In this document: piece after piece, positions 1-10,177 of the stretch
How positions within the stretch are numbered: the stretch's first letter is position 1
Layout: each line of letters begins with the position of its first letter
Source of the DNA: an uncultured Fibrobacterota bacterium
GTDB lineage: Bacteria > Fibrobacterota > Chitinivibrionia > Chitinivibrionales > FEN-1185
Direction: 5' to 3'
Length of the DNA stretch: 64,000 nt
NCBI GenBank assembly: GCA_963729895.1
Contig: CAVSQB010000028.1
Location: forward strand, 64,001 to 128,000
Notes under the pieces: model-generated
Told to the model about the DNA's origin: nothing
Database searches by the model: none
The model's input: the letters and a program-made list of their open reading frames with translations, nothing else
Program-made: the position numbers and the translations under genes

Positions 1-1268
1 TACCTCCCTGCGTTCGCAACAACGTGCGTGAGAAGAAGAAACCCGGCAACGGCAAATCCCAAAAAGCTTGCCCATGCGATCAGGCCGCTCACGAGCGCCG
101 GCCATTCCAGGCGGGAAAGCATGGCAGGCAACCCCCAGAAGCCGCCGATACCTGACACCACCGTAACAGGCGCCTTCTTGCCGAAATAGAGAAGCGATGC
201 AAACAGCAGCATCGCGGCAAGCGAAATCCGGTCGGAAAGCCTTTTCTCGCCCTCCATTCTTATAGTGGACCGCCTTAAAAAAGTTTTGGGGAGTTCCGTT
301 CCTATCAAGACGAAGACAATGTCATTGGGGACCGCCGTATCGCCGCGGTCCGTGGCGAGGAGCACCTCGGACTCGCGGACTTCTTTGACGGTCGATCCGG
401 GAAGGAAGGTGAGCGTACGATTGTTGACAAGGCTCGCAAACGCCTGCCGGGATTGTTCTTTGGGGCGCGACAGTTCCCTGGCACGGTACGAGAGAGTCAC
501 GCGGTTGCCGGCCTTCACAAGAGCGATTGCCGCCTCGACCGCGCTGTCGCCGCCGCCAACCACCAGAATGTTCTTCTGTGCAAACGCGGCGGGGTCTATG
601 AGACGGGTGAAGACTTTTTGGAGGCGCTCGCCCGGCACGCCGAGCGACCGGGCGTTTCCCGTCTTGCCTATAGCGACAACCACCCTGAGCGCCCGGTAGG
701 AGGCCGTGCCGGTTTCAACGGTGAAGCTTCGGGCATGGCCGGTTATGCTTTGGACGGTCTCCCCTTCGTGAAGAGGCAGGGATTTACCACGGACTGCCGA
801 ATGCAATTGATCAAGCAGCGTCTCCTTTGTCCCGTCTGCAAATGTAAGCGATGATCGTTGGGGCACGCCGCGGGGCGTGACGTAGATGGGCTTGCCTGCA
901 GGGAAGTTTTCAACGGTGTTGAATATCCGCGAAGCCTCGATTACAAGGTGCGACAGTCCCAGGTCCCTTGCACGCAGACTTGCCGAAACGCCGGATACGC
1001 CCGCGCCCGCGACGATCAGGTCGAACACGCCGGGGTCTTTGTTGGCCAACCGGTCTTGTGCGAACCGCGGGTCCCGCGAGAGCCATTCGATGAAATCGAA
1101 CCCGGATTCCGCGGCAAGCTTGATAAGCGGTACGCCGGTGAGGTCGCCGATGCAGTACAGACCCGGTACCGAGGTTTCAAATCGGTTTTCGAGCCATGGA
1201 AAATGTTCCACCGGGCCCGTCGGGTTGTCGTGCTGGAGCCAGGAAAAGTACAATTCGGGCGGTTTCAT
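1..1268 (-). CDS. Partial (runs off window start) FAD/NAD(P)-dependent thioredoxin-reductase-like oxidoreductase fused to a membrane region
   Basis: Not in the ORF track; translated by hand from ATG at 1268: MKPPELYFSW...ETSVPGLYCIGDLTG...DLIVAGAGVSG...VVAIGKTG...ILVVGGGDSAVEAA...VFVLIG, then hydrophobic helices (LAAMLLFASLLYF, LIAWASFLGFAVAGFLLL). Two Rossmann motifs. Confidence 0.8.
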   Translation of the reverse strand, partial: MKPPELYFSWLQHDNPTGPVEHFPWLENRFETSVPGLYCIGDLTGVPLIKLAAESGFDFIEWLSRDPRFAQDRLANKDPGVFDLIVAGAGVSGVSASLRARDLGLSHLVIEASRIFNTVENFPAGKPIYVTPRGVPQRSSLTFADGTKETLLDQLHSAVRGKSLPLHEGETVQSITGHARSFTVETGTASYRALRVVVAIGKTGNARSLGVPGERLQKVFTRLIDPAAFAQKNILVVGGGDSAVEAAIALVKAGNRVTLSYRARELSRPKEQSRQAFASLVNNRTLTFLPGSTVKEVRESEVLLATDRGDTAVPNDIVFVLIGTELPKTFLRRSTIRMEGEKRLSDRISLAAMLLFASLLYFGKKAPVTVVSGIGGFWGLPAMLSRLEWPALVSGLIAWASFLGFAVAGFLLLTHVVANAGR

Positions 1269-1366
1269 GGTGCGATGCCCTTTGGCGAGGTACCCATTAA
1301 AACAAGGTTTTGCGCACCTGGGGATACCAGCATTTTGTCGAACATGGAAAATGCGGAGCACCGGCG

Positions 1367-2290
1367 CTAGAACGCCCGCAGCATCGACTGGAGTTTCTCT
1401 TCTGCAAAGCCCTGGATTTCCATGCCCGACCGGACCGCCACCGTAAATCTGATTTTTGGGACCGGCTTCGGGAACGGGTGCGATTTCGCGCCGGAGCCCT
1501 TGAGCAGGTCGTTTAGCGGCCGGTCGAACACGATGTAAGCGGCGAAATCCCCTTGTTTCCCCGCATAGCAACTTCGCCGGTAGCAACGGAGCGACAGCGC
1601 ATGGTACCGTGGAAGGTCGTTTGCGGATGAGATGGAATCGTACTCGCCGTTGATGCGCCGTGCAACGTAGTCGGTGAGCGGTGACTGCGTGTCATCGAGA
1701 TCGACGTACACGTTGCACTCCGCCGCGTCTTCGCGGTCTTCGAATTCGGCGGACAGGACGCGCTGGGTGGGAGAGGGGGGCTGCAAGGTCTGAAAGTGAA
1801 GCAGCGCCCCGGTCGCATCCTGTGCCACAAGACCAAGGAACACCAAACGGTAGGGCTTTCTGTACACAAAAGTGGCCCCGTATTGAAAACACGGATACAA
1901 AGAACGGACCGCTTTTGTGACTTTCCAGGAAATCCGATCCGGGTACGCGGAATCGCACACGGGGCGCGTACTCGCATTTTGCAGAAACGCGATGCAGGAA
2001 TCCATTTTCTGCGGCACGAACGTACGAAACACGCGGCTTGCGTAATCGGAAAGAAACAGGCTGTCTGCGAATCCGGCCATTCTTAGGCTGTCAAGCAGGC
2101 GGATCCCCTCAAGAACTTTTCCCGCGTCCATGAGCTTTACGCCCTGCAGCCAGACGGTTTCGCTGTTTTGGGGCACATTCGCGGCGCACGGCGAAAGAAA
2201 GAGGAGCACTATCCACAGGAGAAGGCCGCGCGGGATTCCTCGCCACATACCGCATGATCTCCCGGGAGATACCAGTGCGGGTTGCATCAC
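1367..2290 (-). CDS. Hypothetical exported protein
   Basis: Long ORF; AGGAGG 7 nt before GTG at 2290; hydrophobic signal-like segment LLLWIVLLFLSPCAA; no recognised domain. Confidence 0.6.
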   Translation of the reverse strand: MMQPALVSPGRSCGMWRGIPRGLLLWIVLLFLSPCAANVPQNSETVWLQGVKLMDAGKVLEGIRLLDSLRMAGFADSLFLSDYASRVFRTFVPQKMDSCIAFLQNASTRPVCDSAYPDRISWKVTKAVRSLYPCFQYGATFVYRKPYRLVFLGLVAQDATGALLHFQTLQPPSPTQRVLSAEFEDREDAAECNVYVDLDDTQSPLTDYVARRINGEYDSISSANDLPRYHALSLRCYRRSCYAGKQGDFAAYIVFDRPLNDLLKGSGAKSHPFPKPVPKIRFTVAVRSGMEIQGFAEEKLQSMLRAF

Positions 2291-2323
2291 AAGGCTGCCT
2301 CCTGCGCCACGGCCGGGCAATGC

Positions 2324-2956
2324 CTAACAAGAGGGACGTGGCACCGACGGTGCGAGTCCGGTTGCCGGGTATAACTTCCTGGTCTCGAATTGCCATAGCG
2401 GCACCACAGAAGGAAACTCACCGCCAGCTCCTGTTCCACTTGCGATGTGCAGCTGCGACAAAGTGCCGGAAAGTTGCGGAGGAACGCTGTTGTCAAAAAC
2501 GTGAAACGAAAACCCGAACCGCTCCCAGAATTTCATTCCCTGGGCGACGGCGTTCGCGTTTGACCCGTCTGCTGGCGCGGCTTCCCTGTCGACTACTCTT
2601 CCGAACAGGAGCACGCGAGCGGGGCTCGGATACAGGGGCGCAATCGCCTGAATGGCGCAGTTCACGAGAAATGTTGCAAGGTCGCGATCGGCCCGCCGCC
2701 CTTCCGGGCGTACGCCGGTGATTTCAATGAAATATACATGGCTCGCGTCGAGCTGCGTGACGAGCGCTGCGCTACGCCTCCGCGGACCGCCGACGGCGAC
2801 CGTGACGTTCGCAAACTGTAAAGGCTCAACGTCGATCGTGGCGTGCAGCAGGGGCGGTCCGGCGGATCGCCAGTCGTAGACGCATCGCGCGCACGATGGA
2901 TCGTGTATCGCTTCGGTATACGGCCCCGGCAGGCTAAGGGAAGGCGACCTATTCAT
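2324..2956 (-). CDS. Hypothetical protein, possibly GNAT-like fold
   Basis: 210-aa ORF co-oriented with neighbour. VRPEGRR..LATFLV and KFWERFGF loosely resemble acetyltransferase motifs A and B. Confidence 0.45.
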   Translation of the reverse strand: MNRSPSLSLPGPYTEAIHDPSCARCVYDWRSAGPPLLHATIDVEPLQFANVTVAVGGPRRRSAALVTQLDASHVYFIEITGVRPEGRRADRDLATFLVNCAIQAIAPLYPSPARVLLFGRVVDREAAPADGSNANAVAQGMKFWERFGFSFHVFDNSVPPQLSGTLSQLHIASGTGAGGEFPSVVPLWQFETRKLYPATGLAPSVPRPSC

Positions 2957-3147
2957 ACGAAAATTAGACCGACAGCCCGGGAAGAACGTTTCAGAAGGAG
3001 ATTGTGGATGTGGAAACGGAGGAGTAACCTCAGCCGCTCATCCAACATCTTTAGTCCGATTGTCCGCAAATTCACCTATATTTGAAATACGTAGTCGACC
3101 AGGCCGCTCATCCGTAGTGCGACGAGCAACAAGAAGGGGAATACGGC

Positions 3148-4062
3148 GTGAAAACCGTGTCCGTGCTTAACTATAAGGGCGGCGTGGGCAAGACCACTCT
3201 GTCTGCGTGCACGAGCCAGGCCTTGGCGCTCACCGGTTTCCGAGTGCTGGCAATCGACAACGACCCGCAGCACAATCTTACGAGTATGCTGGGCGCCACG
3301 GTAGATAAGCCTACCATCAGGGACGTTTACCATGCGTCAACAATCGGCATCGCATCGCAACTTCTCCTGAAATCGGCCCGGAAGACTAGTGTGGCGAACC
3401 TGTCGGTAGTGCCGTCGTCCAACGACCTGGGATCGGCCGACATCAAAGACCCGTTTGTGCTGCGGAAGTGCTTTGTGTACTCGCAGCTCGACCGGTTCTA
3501 CGATTACGTCATCATCGACAACAGCCCGGGCATGGACGTGCTGCAGGAATCCGCGATCAACGCGTCCGAAGATCTGTTCGTTCCCACCGAGCTTTCGCAA
3601 TTCGCGCTCGACGGGATAAGTGAAATGATCGGCATGCTTTCGCGACACTTTTGCGGCGCTCGCACCATAACCAGAATTATCCCCAATTTTTACCGTAATG
3701 TCAAGGCCCATGAAGCCTTTATCTGCGCGTTTGCGGAGCGGTTTCCGGGGAAGATGGCCGCAACCGCCATCCCCTTCGACAGCGTGTTCGACACACTTGT
3801 CAAGGAACACAAGGTCCTGTTCGTCCACCGACTCAGTTCCAAAGCAGCCGCCTTTTATCTCAAGCTCGTGCATGAGTTGTTCAGTCTCGACGAAGAAACA
3901 ACTTGGAACATGGTGATGGGCAAACGCAAAGAGCAACTCAACAGTGAAGCCACCCAGCGGCTGGTGAAGCTGCGAGCGGACACAAAGAAGGCGGCACTGC
4001 CGGGTCAGGCAGGGGCAAGCGTTGTCCCCACTTCTCCTCCCGGTGTGACGCCGACCATATAG
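3148..4062 (+). CDS. ParA/Soj-family ATPase (no parB nearby)
   Basis: Deviant Walker A NYKGGVGKTT, LAIDNDPQHNL, YDYVIIDNSPG; extra C-terminal tail. Confidence 0.9.
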   Translation: MKTVSVLNYKGGVGKTTLSACTSQALALTGFRVLAIDNDPQHNLTSMLGATVDKPTIRDVYHASTIGIASQLLLKSARKTSVANLSVVPSSNDLGSADIKDPFVLRKCFVYSQLDRFYDYVIIDNSPGMDVLQESAINASEDLFVPTELSQFALDGISEMIGMLSRHFCGARTITRIIPNFYRNVKAHEAFICAFAERFPGKMAATAIPFDSVFDTLVKEHKVLFVHRLSSKAAAFYLKLVHELFSLDEETTWNMVMGKRKEQLNSEATQRLVKLRADTKKAALPGQAGASVVPTSPPGVTPTI

Positions 4063-4567
4063 CATATCGCGCTTCAAGCTGCTCCCGGGGAACCTCAAAA
4101 ATTCGGATCTTCTTTTCACCGTTTTTCAAACCGTTTTGTGCGCCCGATGCGGAGACGAATCCCGTTGACTGTTCACTGGGGTGAACAGCATGTTCCCGGA
4201 AGCCTTACCATCCCTGCCTCCTCCTTATATATTGAGTGTAACCGAGAGTCGGAAAAAGGATGGCGTAGATACGAGCCAACAAATTTTGGTTTTTAGGCAT
4301 ATTCTTTAATATATTATGGGTGGGAGGGCGTGATTTTTTTTCTAATGCTGGGTATGGCGTATTCTGCCACGTTTGCCCCTCCTTCAAGCTTTTTCCGCAA
4401 AAGGCAAGAACAGATTTTTTCGAAATATTAAACGATTAAAAGGGTATGCATGGCTTTCAGGAATGTCGTTGCATCAGTCCTAAATCAACCCGCAAAGCGG
4501 GTGCTCGTGATGCAGTAAATAGATAATCCGTCAAAGTTTTTGTAAACAAACAAAGGGGGAATAGCTT

Positions 4568-7381
4568 ATGATAAGTAAAAAGCTCCTGACGGCCTCGATG
4601 GTGGCGTTCCTGGCAGCATCCTGGTGTCTCGCAGACACCTATACGGGGGAGACAAGCAACAGGGTTGATATCAACATGGGCGTAACGCCGTGGAAATTCA
4701 TAAAGAGTGACCCGGCCAATGCGCAGACCGTTGCATTTAACGACGGCGCATGGAATACGGTGGGCATTCCCCACTGCTGGAACGATGACGACAGCTACAC
4801 CAATTATATAAGCGGTGGAAACCCGTGGGGAGGAGTTTGCTGGTATCGCAAGCACTTCACCTTAGACAACGCATATTCCGCAAGAAAGGTATTTGTCGAA
4901 TTTGAGGGCGCCCATGTGGGCGCCGCAGTGTATATCAATGGAACATTCATACCGGGAAACAGCGCCTTGAACCCTCAGTGCACGCATGTTATCGGGTTCA
5001 TTCCCTTTGTCGTCGACATTACGCCGTATGTGCAGTTCGGCGGGGCCGACAACGTGCTTGCCGCCCGGGTGAGCAACGGCGGCGTATTGTACACGGACCC
5101 GGGCTTTTCCACCGAATTCAGATTCGGGCAGCACGACGGCGGTCTGGTGCGCCCGGTATGGATGCACATCACCGACAAGGTGTACGTGCCGGCGAACGTC
5201 TATTCGGTTGTCAATAACTGGGGAACGTGCGTGGGCACGGTTTCGGCCACCGACGCATTGGCCACCGTGCGGCTTATGACGCACGTCCAGAACGAGAGTG
5301 GCGCTGCCCAGACGGTCACGGTAACCACAAAAGTGGTGGATGCGTCCACAAACGTCGTGCTGTCGATGGACCAGACGCAGGCCATTGCCGCGGGCGCGAA
5401 CTTCGTGTTCGACCAGAGCGGCGATGTGGTGAATCCGCACCTGTGGTATCCGGCGGCGAGCATCTGGGGCAAGCCCTATATGTACAAGGTTTACCATATT
5501 GTAAAGGTGGGAGGCGCTACGGTGGACGTTTTCACGAGCCCGCTGGGTATCCGCGTGATAACCTGGGACCATAATTATCCTTATTTCAACGGTCACCAGC
5601 ATTACCTGGCCGGCGCGTCCGGCAGGTACGATTATCCCGCGCTCGGCTCCGCGATCCCGGACGAGCTGTTGTGGAAGGACGTCAAACTCACTGCGGACAT
5701 CGGCGGGAGGGTATGGCGGCCGGGACACTCCACCTGCGCGCACGAGTTCGTTGACGCGTGCGATGCGTTCGGCGTCATGCTCGACCAGCCAAGCGGCGAC
5801 GGCGAGGGGGCATTCCAAGCCAACAATTACACCGCCAACATAGGGATTCTAAAAACCGAGTTGCATCGCGATATGATCGTCCGCGACCGCAACAACCCCA
5901 GTATTCTCATGTGGGAAGTGACGAATGCCGGCATTATTGATAGCCTCGCGCGGGCGCTCAAGGCGCTCGCTCAACAATGGGATCCAATCTCGTATCACGC
6001 CCAGTCGGACAGGTCATATCTCGATGGCTGCAAGGCCGGCATCTCCGATGTCATCGAATGTTCGTCGAGCGGATGTGAAGCAGGAGAGAAATTGAATGGT
6101 GCGTGTACCAATTATCCGGCCTTTGGCGCCGAAGATTGGGATGCCGGGCCTGCCCGGGCGTCCCGGTTTGCCTGGGACTACGAACTTTATTTTGCAAGCC
6201 CCTATATGCAGAACTGGAAAAACTCCGTCGAAGCGCAGGCGTTCGGCACCGCACATTGGTATCTGGCCGAGGCGCCGGGTGAGGAAAGTGCGTTCCTGGG
6301 AGATGCCCGCACCACGCGGTCATTCGGGTCTTCCATCATGGATGCGAACCGTCTTCCGAAGATGCTCTATCATTATTATCAAGTTGCATGGATTCCCTAT
6401 TCGCTCAGGCCGGGAGTGGTTCTTGCACATCATTGGAACCGTGCCGGCACGGTGCAGGTGAACGCATTCAGTAACTGTCCCAAGGTGCAGCTTCTTCTTA
6501 ACGGCACGAACCTTGGCGTAAAAGTGCCGAATCCATGGAACATCTCGAGTAATGAAATTGATAATCAGAATACCACGAACCTGCCCTATCAGTGCTGGTG
6601 GAGCGTGGCATGGCAGGCGGGGACCCTGCGCGCCGAAGGTCTTGACTCGAATGGCAACGTCGTCTGCTTCGACGAGAAGAAGACCGCCGGCAATCCCGAT
6701 CATATCCTGCTTACCGTCGATTCCCAGCTTGTAAAGCCTGACGGCACGCAGTTCAACATTACCGCCAACGGTACCGATTGCGCCACCATCCTCGCCCAGG
6801 TAGTGGACGCCAACGGCATTCTGAATCCCACGGTAAGCCCTAACGTCACCTTCAGCGTTACCGGGCCCTGCGTGTATCGCGGCGGCACCGACGCGTTTGT
6901 GACGGCAGGCCAGGCCATCGGGTATCATTCGCCGCTCGACCCTGAACTCACGGCTGAAGGCGGCATGTGCAAGGTGGCGGTGCGGTCCACGTTCACAACC
7001 GGGACCGTGACGGTCACGGCAACGTCACCCGGTTTGGGCTCGGGCACGGTCTCGTATACCGTGGTGCCGGTCTCCGCCGGGCAAACATCGCTCGCCCGGC
7101 CCGGGCTTGGAACAGACCGGACATCCCTGGCGCCGGCAATAAGAATAGGGACCCTCGGAAGCATGATCCGGTTCTACGTGAGCAGGACGGCAAACGTGTT
7201 TGTGCAAGTCCTTGATGCAAGCGGAAGAGTGCTGGGACAGGTCCGGAATTCGAAATGCGAGGCCGGATGGCATCCGGTTCAGACGAACGGCACGCTCGTC
7301 AACGGCAACGGTATTTACTTTGTGCGTGTGGCGGTGGACGGCGCATTCCAGAGCGTCAAGCCGGTTCTCGTCATGCGGTGA
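4568..7381 (+). CDS. Secreted GH2 glycoside hydrolase (beta-galactosidase-like) with Ig domains and a T9SS/FlgD-like C-terminal domain
   Basis: Signal peptide; GH2 motifs PHCWN, GVCWYRKHF, FVEFEG, PHLW, DACD.FGV, RDRNNPSILMW, HHWN, AFSNCPKVQLLLNG; C-terminus VLDASGRVL...GIYFVRV. Confidence 0.9.
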   Translation: MISKKLLTASMVAFLAASWCLADTYTGETSNRVDINMGVTPWKFIKSDPANAQTVAFNDGAWNTVGIPHCWNDDDSYTNYISGGNPWGGVCWYRKHFTLDNAYSARKVFVEFEGAHVGAAVYINGTFIPGNSALNPQCTHVIGFIPFVVDITPYVQFGGADNVLAARVSNGGVLYTDPGFSTEFRFGQHDGGLVRPVWMHITDKVYVPANVYSVVNNWGTCVGTVSATDALATVRLMTHVQNESGAAQTVTVTTKVVDASTNVVLSMDQTQAIAAGANFVFDQSGDVVNPHLWYPAASIWGKPYMYKVYHIVKVGGATVDVFTSPLGIRVITWDHNYPYFNGHQHYLAGASGRYDYPALGSAIPDELLWKDVKLTADIGGRVWRPGHSTCAHEFVDACDAFGVMLDQPSGDGEGAFQANNYTANIGILKTELHRDMIVRDRNNPSILMWEVTNAGIIDSLARALKALAQQWDPISYHAQSDRSYLDGCKAGISDVIECSSSGCEAGEKLNGACTNYPAFGAEDWDAGPARASRFAWDYELYFASPYMQNWKNSVEAQAFGTAHWYLAEAPGEESAFLGDARTTRSFGSSIMDANRLPKMLYHYYQVAWIPYSLRPGVVLAHHWNRAGTVQVNAFSNCPKVQLLLNGTNLGVKVPNPWNISSNEIDNQNTTNLPYQCWWSVAWQAGTLRAEGLDSNGNVVCFDEKKTAGNPDHILLTVDSQLVKPDGTQFNITANGTDCATILAQVVDANGILNPTVSPNVTFSVTGPCVYRGGTDAFVTAGQAIGYHSPLDPELTAEGGMCKVAVRSTFTTGTVTVTATSPGLGSGTVSYTVVPVSAGQTSLARPGLGTDRTSLAPAIRIGTLGSMIRFYVSRTANVFVQVLDASGRVLGQVRNSKCEAGWHPVQTNGTLVNGNGIYFVRVAVDGAFQSVKPVLVMR

Positions 7382-7409
7382 CCTTACCTCGTCCGTATCG
7401 TCGAATCAC

Positions 7410-7445
7410 CCCAAAGGGCGTCCGCACAGGATGCCCTTTGGGTTT
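7410..7445 (+). terminator. Stem-loop terminator after the GH2 gene
   Basis: CCCAAAGGGCGTCC-GCACA-GGATGCCCTTTGGG followed by TTT, between convergent genes; a second hairpin ACCCCGCC/GGCGGGGT lies at 7520-7541. Confidence 0.65.
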
Positions 7446-7569
7446 CCCGGTGACTCACCCGGCGTTCGCTCTCAGCCACAGGATGGCGTTTGCAGATATC
7501 GCATCGTGTCAATTGAAGGACCCCGCCCCAAGTGGCGGGGTTAGCGGGCTGTGTTGTTCAGGCAGATGC

Positions 7570-8694
7570 TCAATTGATTCTTTTCCCCAGGAATTCCCAC
7601 GACAGGGTGAACCCGAACAGGAAAGTGTTGCTTGACGGTTCCAGAAACACGGTTCCGTCGCCTGCAGTCTGGGTATTGCTTTTTCCAAAGGTGTAGTACA
7701 AAAAGTACGGCGCAAACCGTAACGCAGGTTTGTTGTCGCGCTTCTTTTCCACAAACAGCTCCACCTTTGCCGACGCGCGGTTGCCGAGGGTCACCGGCGG
7801 ATAATTCACCGAGGTCCCCCCTGAGCCTTGGCCGGCCTGCATTCCGCCGAAAAACATAAAGTTGACACATGCGTCTATGCCGAGCACGTAACGCGGCGAC
7901 ACCGGCCTGGTGACGAGAACGCCGAGCGGCGCGCTCAGCCAGTAATACGTTTCCGAATTGCTGACATCGGTGCTGTATAACAGGTCGCCCCCGTTGTCCA
8001 CCAGATCTCGGTACCACAATTTGAAATCGATGCCGGTATATATGAAAAAGGGGAATTTGACATAGGGAATGGCATAGCCGACGTCGCACCCTGCAAACAG
8101 AAACGCATTGTTCTTCTGGAAAGTCAATGGGTCGAATTCAATGCCGGTGGTGTCGCCGTTATTGTCGCGGTACAATTGCTCTTGGGTCGAGCCGTTGTAG
8201 GTGTTGTTCAATCCGAGCACCAAGGCGACCCTGGGCCGGACAATCAGCCTGTTTTCCCATGAGTAAAAAGTTGCGCTCGCGCTGATGCCGAACACGGTGC
8301 CATACTCCGTGCTCTTTGGCGTTCCCACGATCACCGGCGCCCGGCCGTACATCTGAGTAAAATCCCGGATGTCATCGCTCAGGTCCAGGTCCTCGCTATA
8401 GTAAAGGTACCCGAGCGAAAGCCCGATCGAGACGATCTGGCGGTAGTCGAACAGTGAAAAGGGGCGTTCGGCGGCCGTGAGGTCCGGCGCCAAAGGCTCA
8501 GGCGCGGATCCGTAGCTCCCGGAGGCCGACTGGGCCGCCGCCGTATCGAGGATGGGTGCATTGCCTGTGGTATCAACCCTCGCAGCGGAATCCGGCACAA
8601 GAGAAACGCCGGTGTCCTGCATGGGTTGCGCAATCGCAAGAGATGCGAAAGCAAGAATGGCGGCGGCGAAGGGTGTGGCGGTTAATGGGGTCAT
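7570..8694 (-). CDS. Probable outer-membrane beta-barrel protein
   Basis: Signal peptide; amphipathic aromatic beta-strands; ends FLFGFTLSWEFLGKRIN. Confidence 0.65.
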   Translation of the reverse strand: MTPLTATPFAAAILAFASLAIAQPMQDTGVSLVPDSAARVDTTGNAPILDTAAAQSASGSYGSAPEPLAPDLTAAERPFSLFDYRQIVSIGLSLGYLYYSEDLDLSDDIRDFTQMYGRAPVIVGTPKSTEYGTVFGISASATFYSWENRLIVRPRVALVLGLNNTYNGSTQEQLYRDNNGDTTGIEFDPLTFQKNNAFLFAGCDVGYAIPYVKFPFFIYTGIDFKLWYRDLVDNGGDLLYSTDVSNSETYYWLSAPLGVLVTRPVSPRYVLGIDACVNFMFFGGMQAGQGSGGTSVNYPPVTLGNRASAKVELFVEKKRDNKPALRFAPYFLYYTFGKSNTQTAGDGTVFLEPSSNTFLFGFTLSWEFLGKRIN

Positions 8695-8910
8695 GGCCGG
8701 CCTGGAATCATCCTCAGAGACTCAACTCATGCACAGAAGTTCGCGCGTTCAGATTGCTTTCAAAATTACATCGTCCGGTTGGGTGCCGGGCAAGGATCGA
8801 TGTGAAAACCTTCTGCAATGGCGGCTCGTCCGTCACTGGCGCCAAAGCGAACGGGAATGCCGTTCCCCTTCGATTATGTTCAGGAGATAAACGCATTTAG
8901 GGGCGCAAGG

Positions 8911-9897
8911 CTAGCGGGTTATCAAGACACTTCTTGCAAGGCGGTTCGATCCGGCCTGCATTCTTACCGTATAACAACCTTCTGCCAGATTCCCGGCGTC
9001 CCATAAGATGCTGTGGGGGCCGGAACCAAAATAGTTATTGACAAGGGACATTATTCTACGGCCGGACAAATCGTAGAGGGCGGCGGAAATCCGGCCTGGA
9101 CCGGGAAGGGAGAATGCTATGGTTGCGTTTGGGTTGAAATGCCCGGGAGAGAGGACGCTGAAAGTCACCTGTTGTAACATTCCCGCCCGCGGATAAGGAT
9201 TACGCGCCGCCAGCATTTCCGAAAGCGGCCTGCGCCACACTCCGGTACTATCGGTTCCCGCAAAAACAGTGCCGTCGCCCACCGCCAGGCACTGTACATC
9301 CAAACTTGCCAGTCCGGAATTGACCGCGGTCCAGCTTGCACCGTTGTCGGTGGATAGATAAACACCGTTGCCCCAGGTGCCTGCGAAGATGCCGCCGCCG
9401 CTCACCGCAAAAGAAGTGACAATCATGTTCGGGAGACCGGAATTGACCGCGGTCCAGCTTGTGCCGTTATTACTCGACAAGAAAACGCCGCCACCATAGG
9501 TTCCGGCAAAGATGTCCTTCCCGTTTACCGCAAGAGAAATGACATTCGGGTTCGTGATACCGGAATCGACCGGACTCCAGTTTGTTCCATTGTTGGCGGA
9601 ACGGAAAATGCCGCCGCCATAGGTGGCTGCAAGGGTGGCGCTTCCGCTGGTAGCAAATGACAGGACCGTACTATTCGTGAGCCCGTAATTGACCGTGGTC
9701 CAGCTTGCGCCGCCATCGGTGGAACGGAACACTCCGCTGCCAAAGGTGCCGGCAAATGCAGCGCTGCCGTTCACGGCAAGTGCATAAATGTGTTCCCCCT
9801 GCGGCACATTTGTTTGTACCCACAGGGCGTGCGCCCCTTGCGAAAATGAAATCACCAAACCAACGCCAAGAACAAACTGTGCCGTAACTCTCTTCAT
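8911..9897 (-). CDS. Secreted BNR/Asp-box beta-propeller protein with T9SS-like C-terminal domain
   Basis: Repeated FAGT.G.GVF.S.[DN]NG.SW..VNSGL blades; C-terminus LYDLSGRRI...GCYTVRM; start placed at MKRV. Confidence 0.85.
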   Translation of the reverse strand: MKRVTAQFVLGVGLVISFSQGAHALWVQTNVPQGEHIYALAVNGSAAFAGTFGSGVFRSTDGGASWTTVNYGLTNSTVLSFATSGSATLAATYGGGIFRSANNGTNWSPVDSGITNPNVISLAVNGKDIFAGTYGGGVFLSSNNGTSWTAVNSGLPNMIVTSFAVSGGGIFAGTWGNGVYLSTDNGASWTAVNSGLASLDVQCLAVGDGTVFAGTDSTGVWRRPLSEMLAARNPYPRAGMLQQVTFSVLSPGHFNPNATIAFSLPGPGRISAALYDLSGRRIMSLVNNYFGSGPHSILWDAGNLAEGCYTVRMQAGSNRLARSVLITR

Positions 9898-10048
9898 GTG
9901 AGGATTCCTTTTGCGCAAGCCTCGTGATTTGCCGTTTTGGAACACAAACAAGTTCCGCTGGTTACCTTCGGCGGCATAGTTGGCGTCCGACTGTACGCTA
10001 TACTATACCACAAAACTTCTGCTAAAACAACCCGGCTTCCTGCGACAT

Positions 10049-10097
10049 TCAAAAAAGAAAGCCCCAAAACTGCATACCCTGCAAATCTTGGGGCTTA
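10049..10097 (-). terminator. Intrinsic terminator downstream of tRNA-Arg
   Basis: Minus strand reads AAGCCCCAAGA...TTTTGGGGCTTTCTTTTTT immediately 3' of the tRNA. Confidence 0.6.
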
Positions 10098-10100
10098 TAG

Positions 10101-10177
10101 TGGTACGGCCAGACGGAATTGAACCGCCAACCTTCTGATCCGTAGTCAGGCGCTCTATCCAATTGAGCTATGGCCGC
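10101..10177 (-). tRNA. tRNA-Arg (anticodon ACG)
   Basis: GCGGCCA TA GCTC AATTGGATA GAGC G CCTGA CTACGGA TCAGA AGGTT GGCGG TTCAATT CCGTC TGGCCGT ACCA folds as a 77-nt cloverleaf with encoded CCA. Confidence 0.97.

Noticed and set aside
265..1516. Plus-strand ORFs in the track
   Set aside because: Antisense shadows of the minus-strand oxidoreductase and its neighbour.
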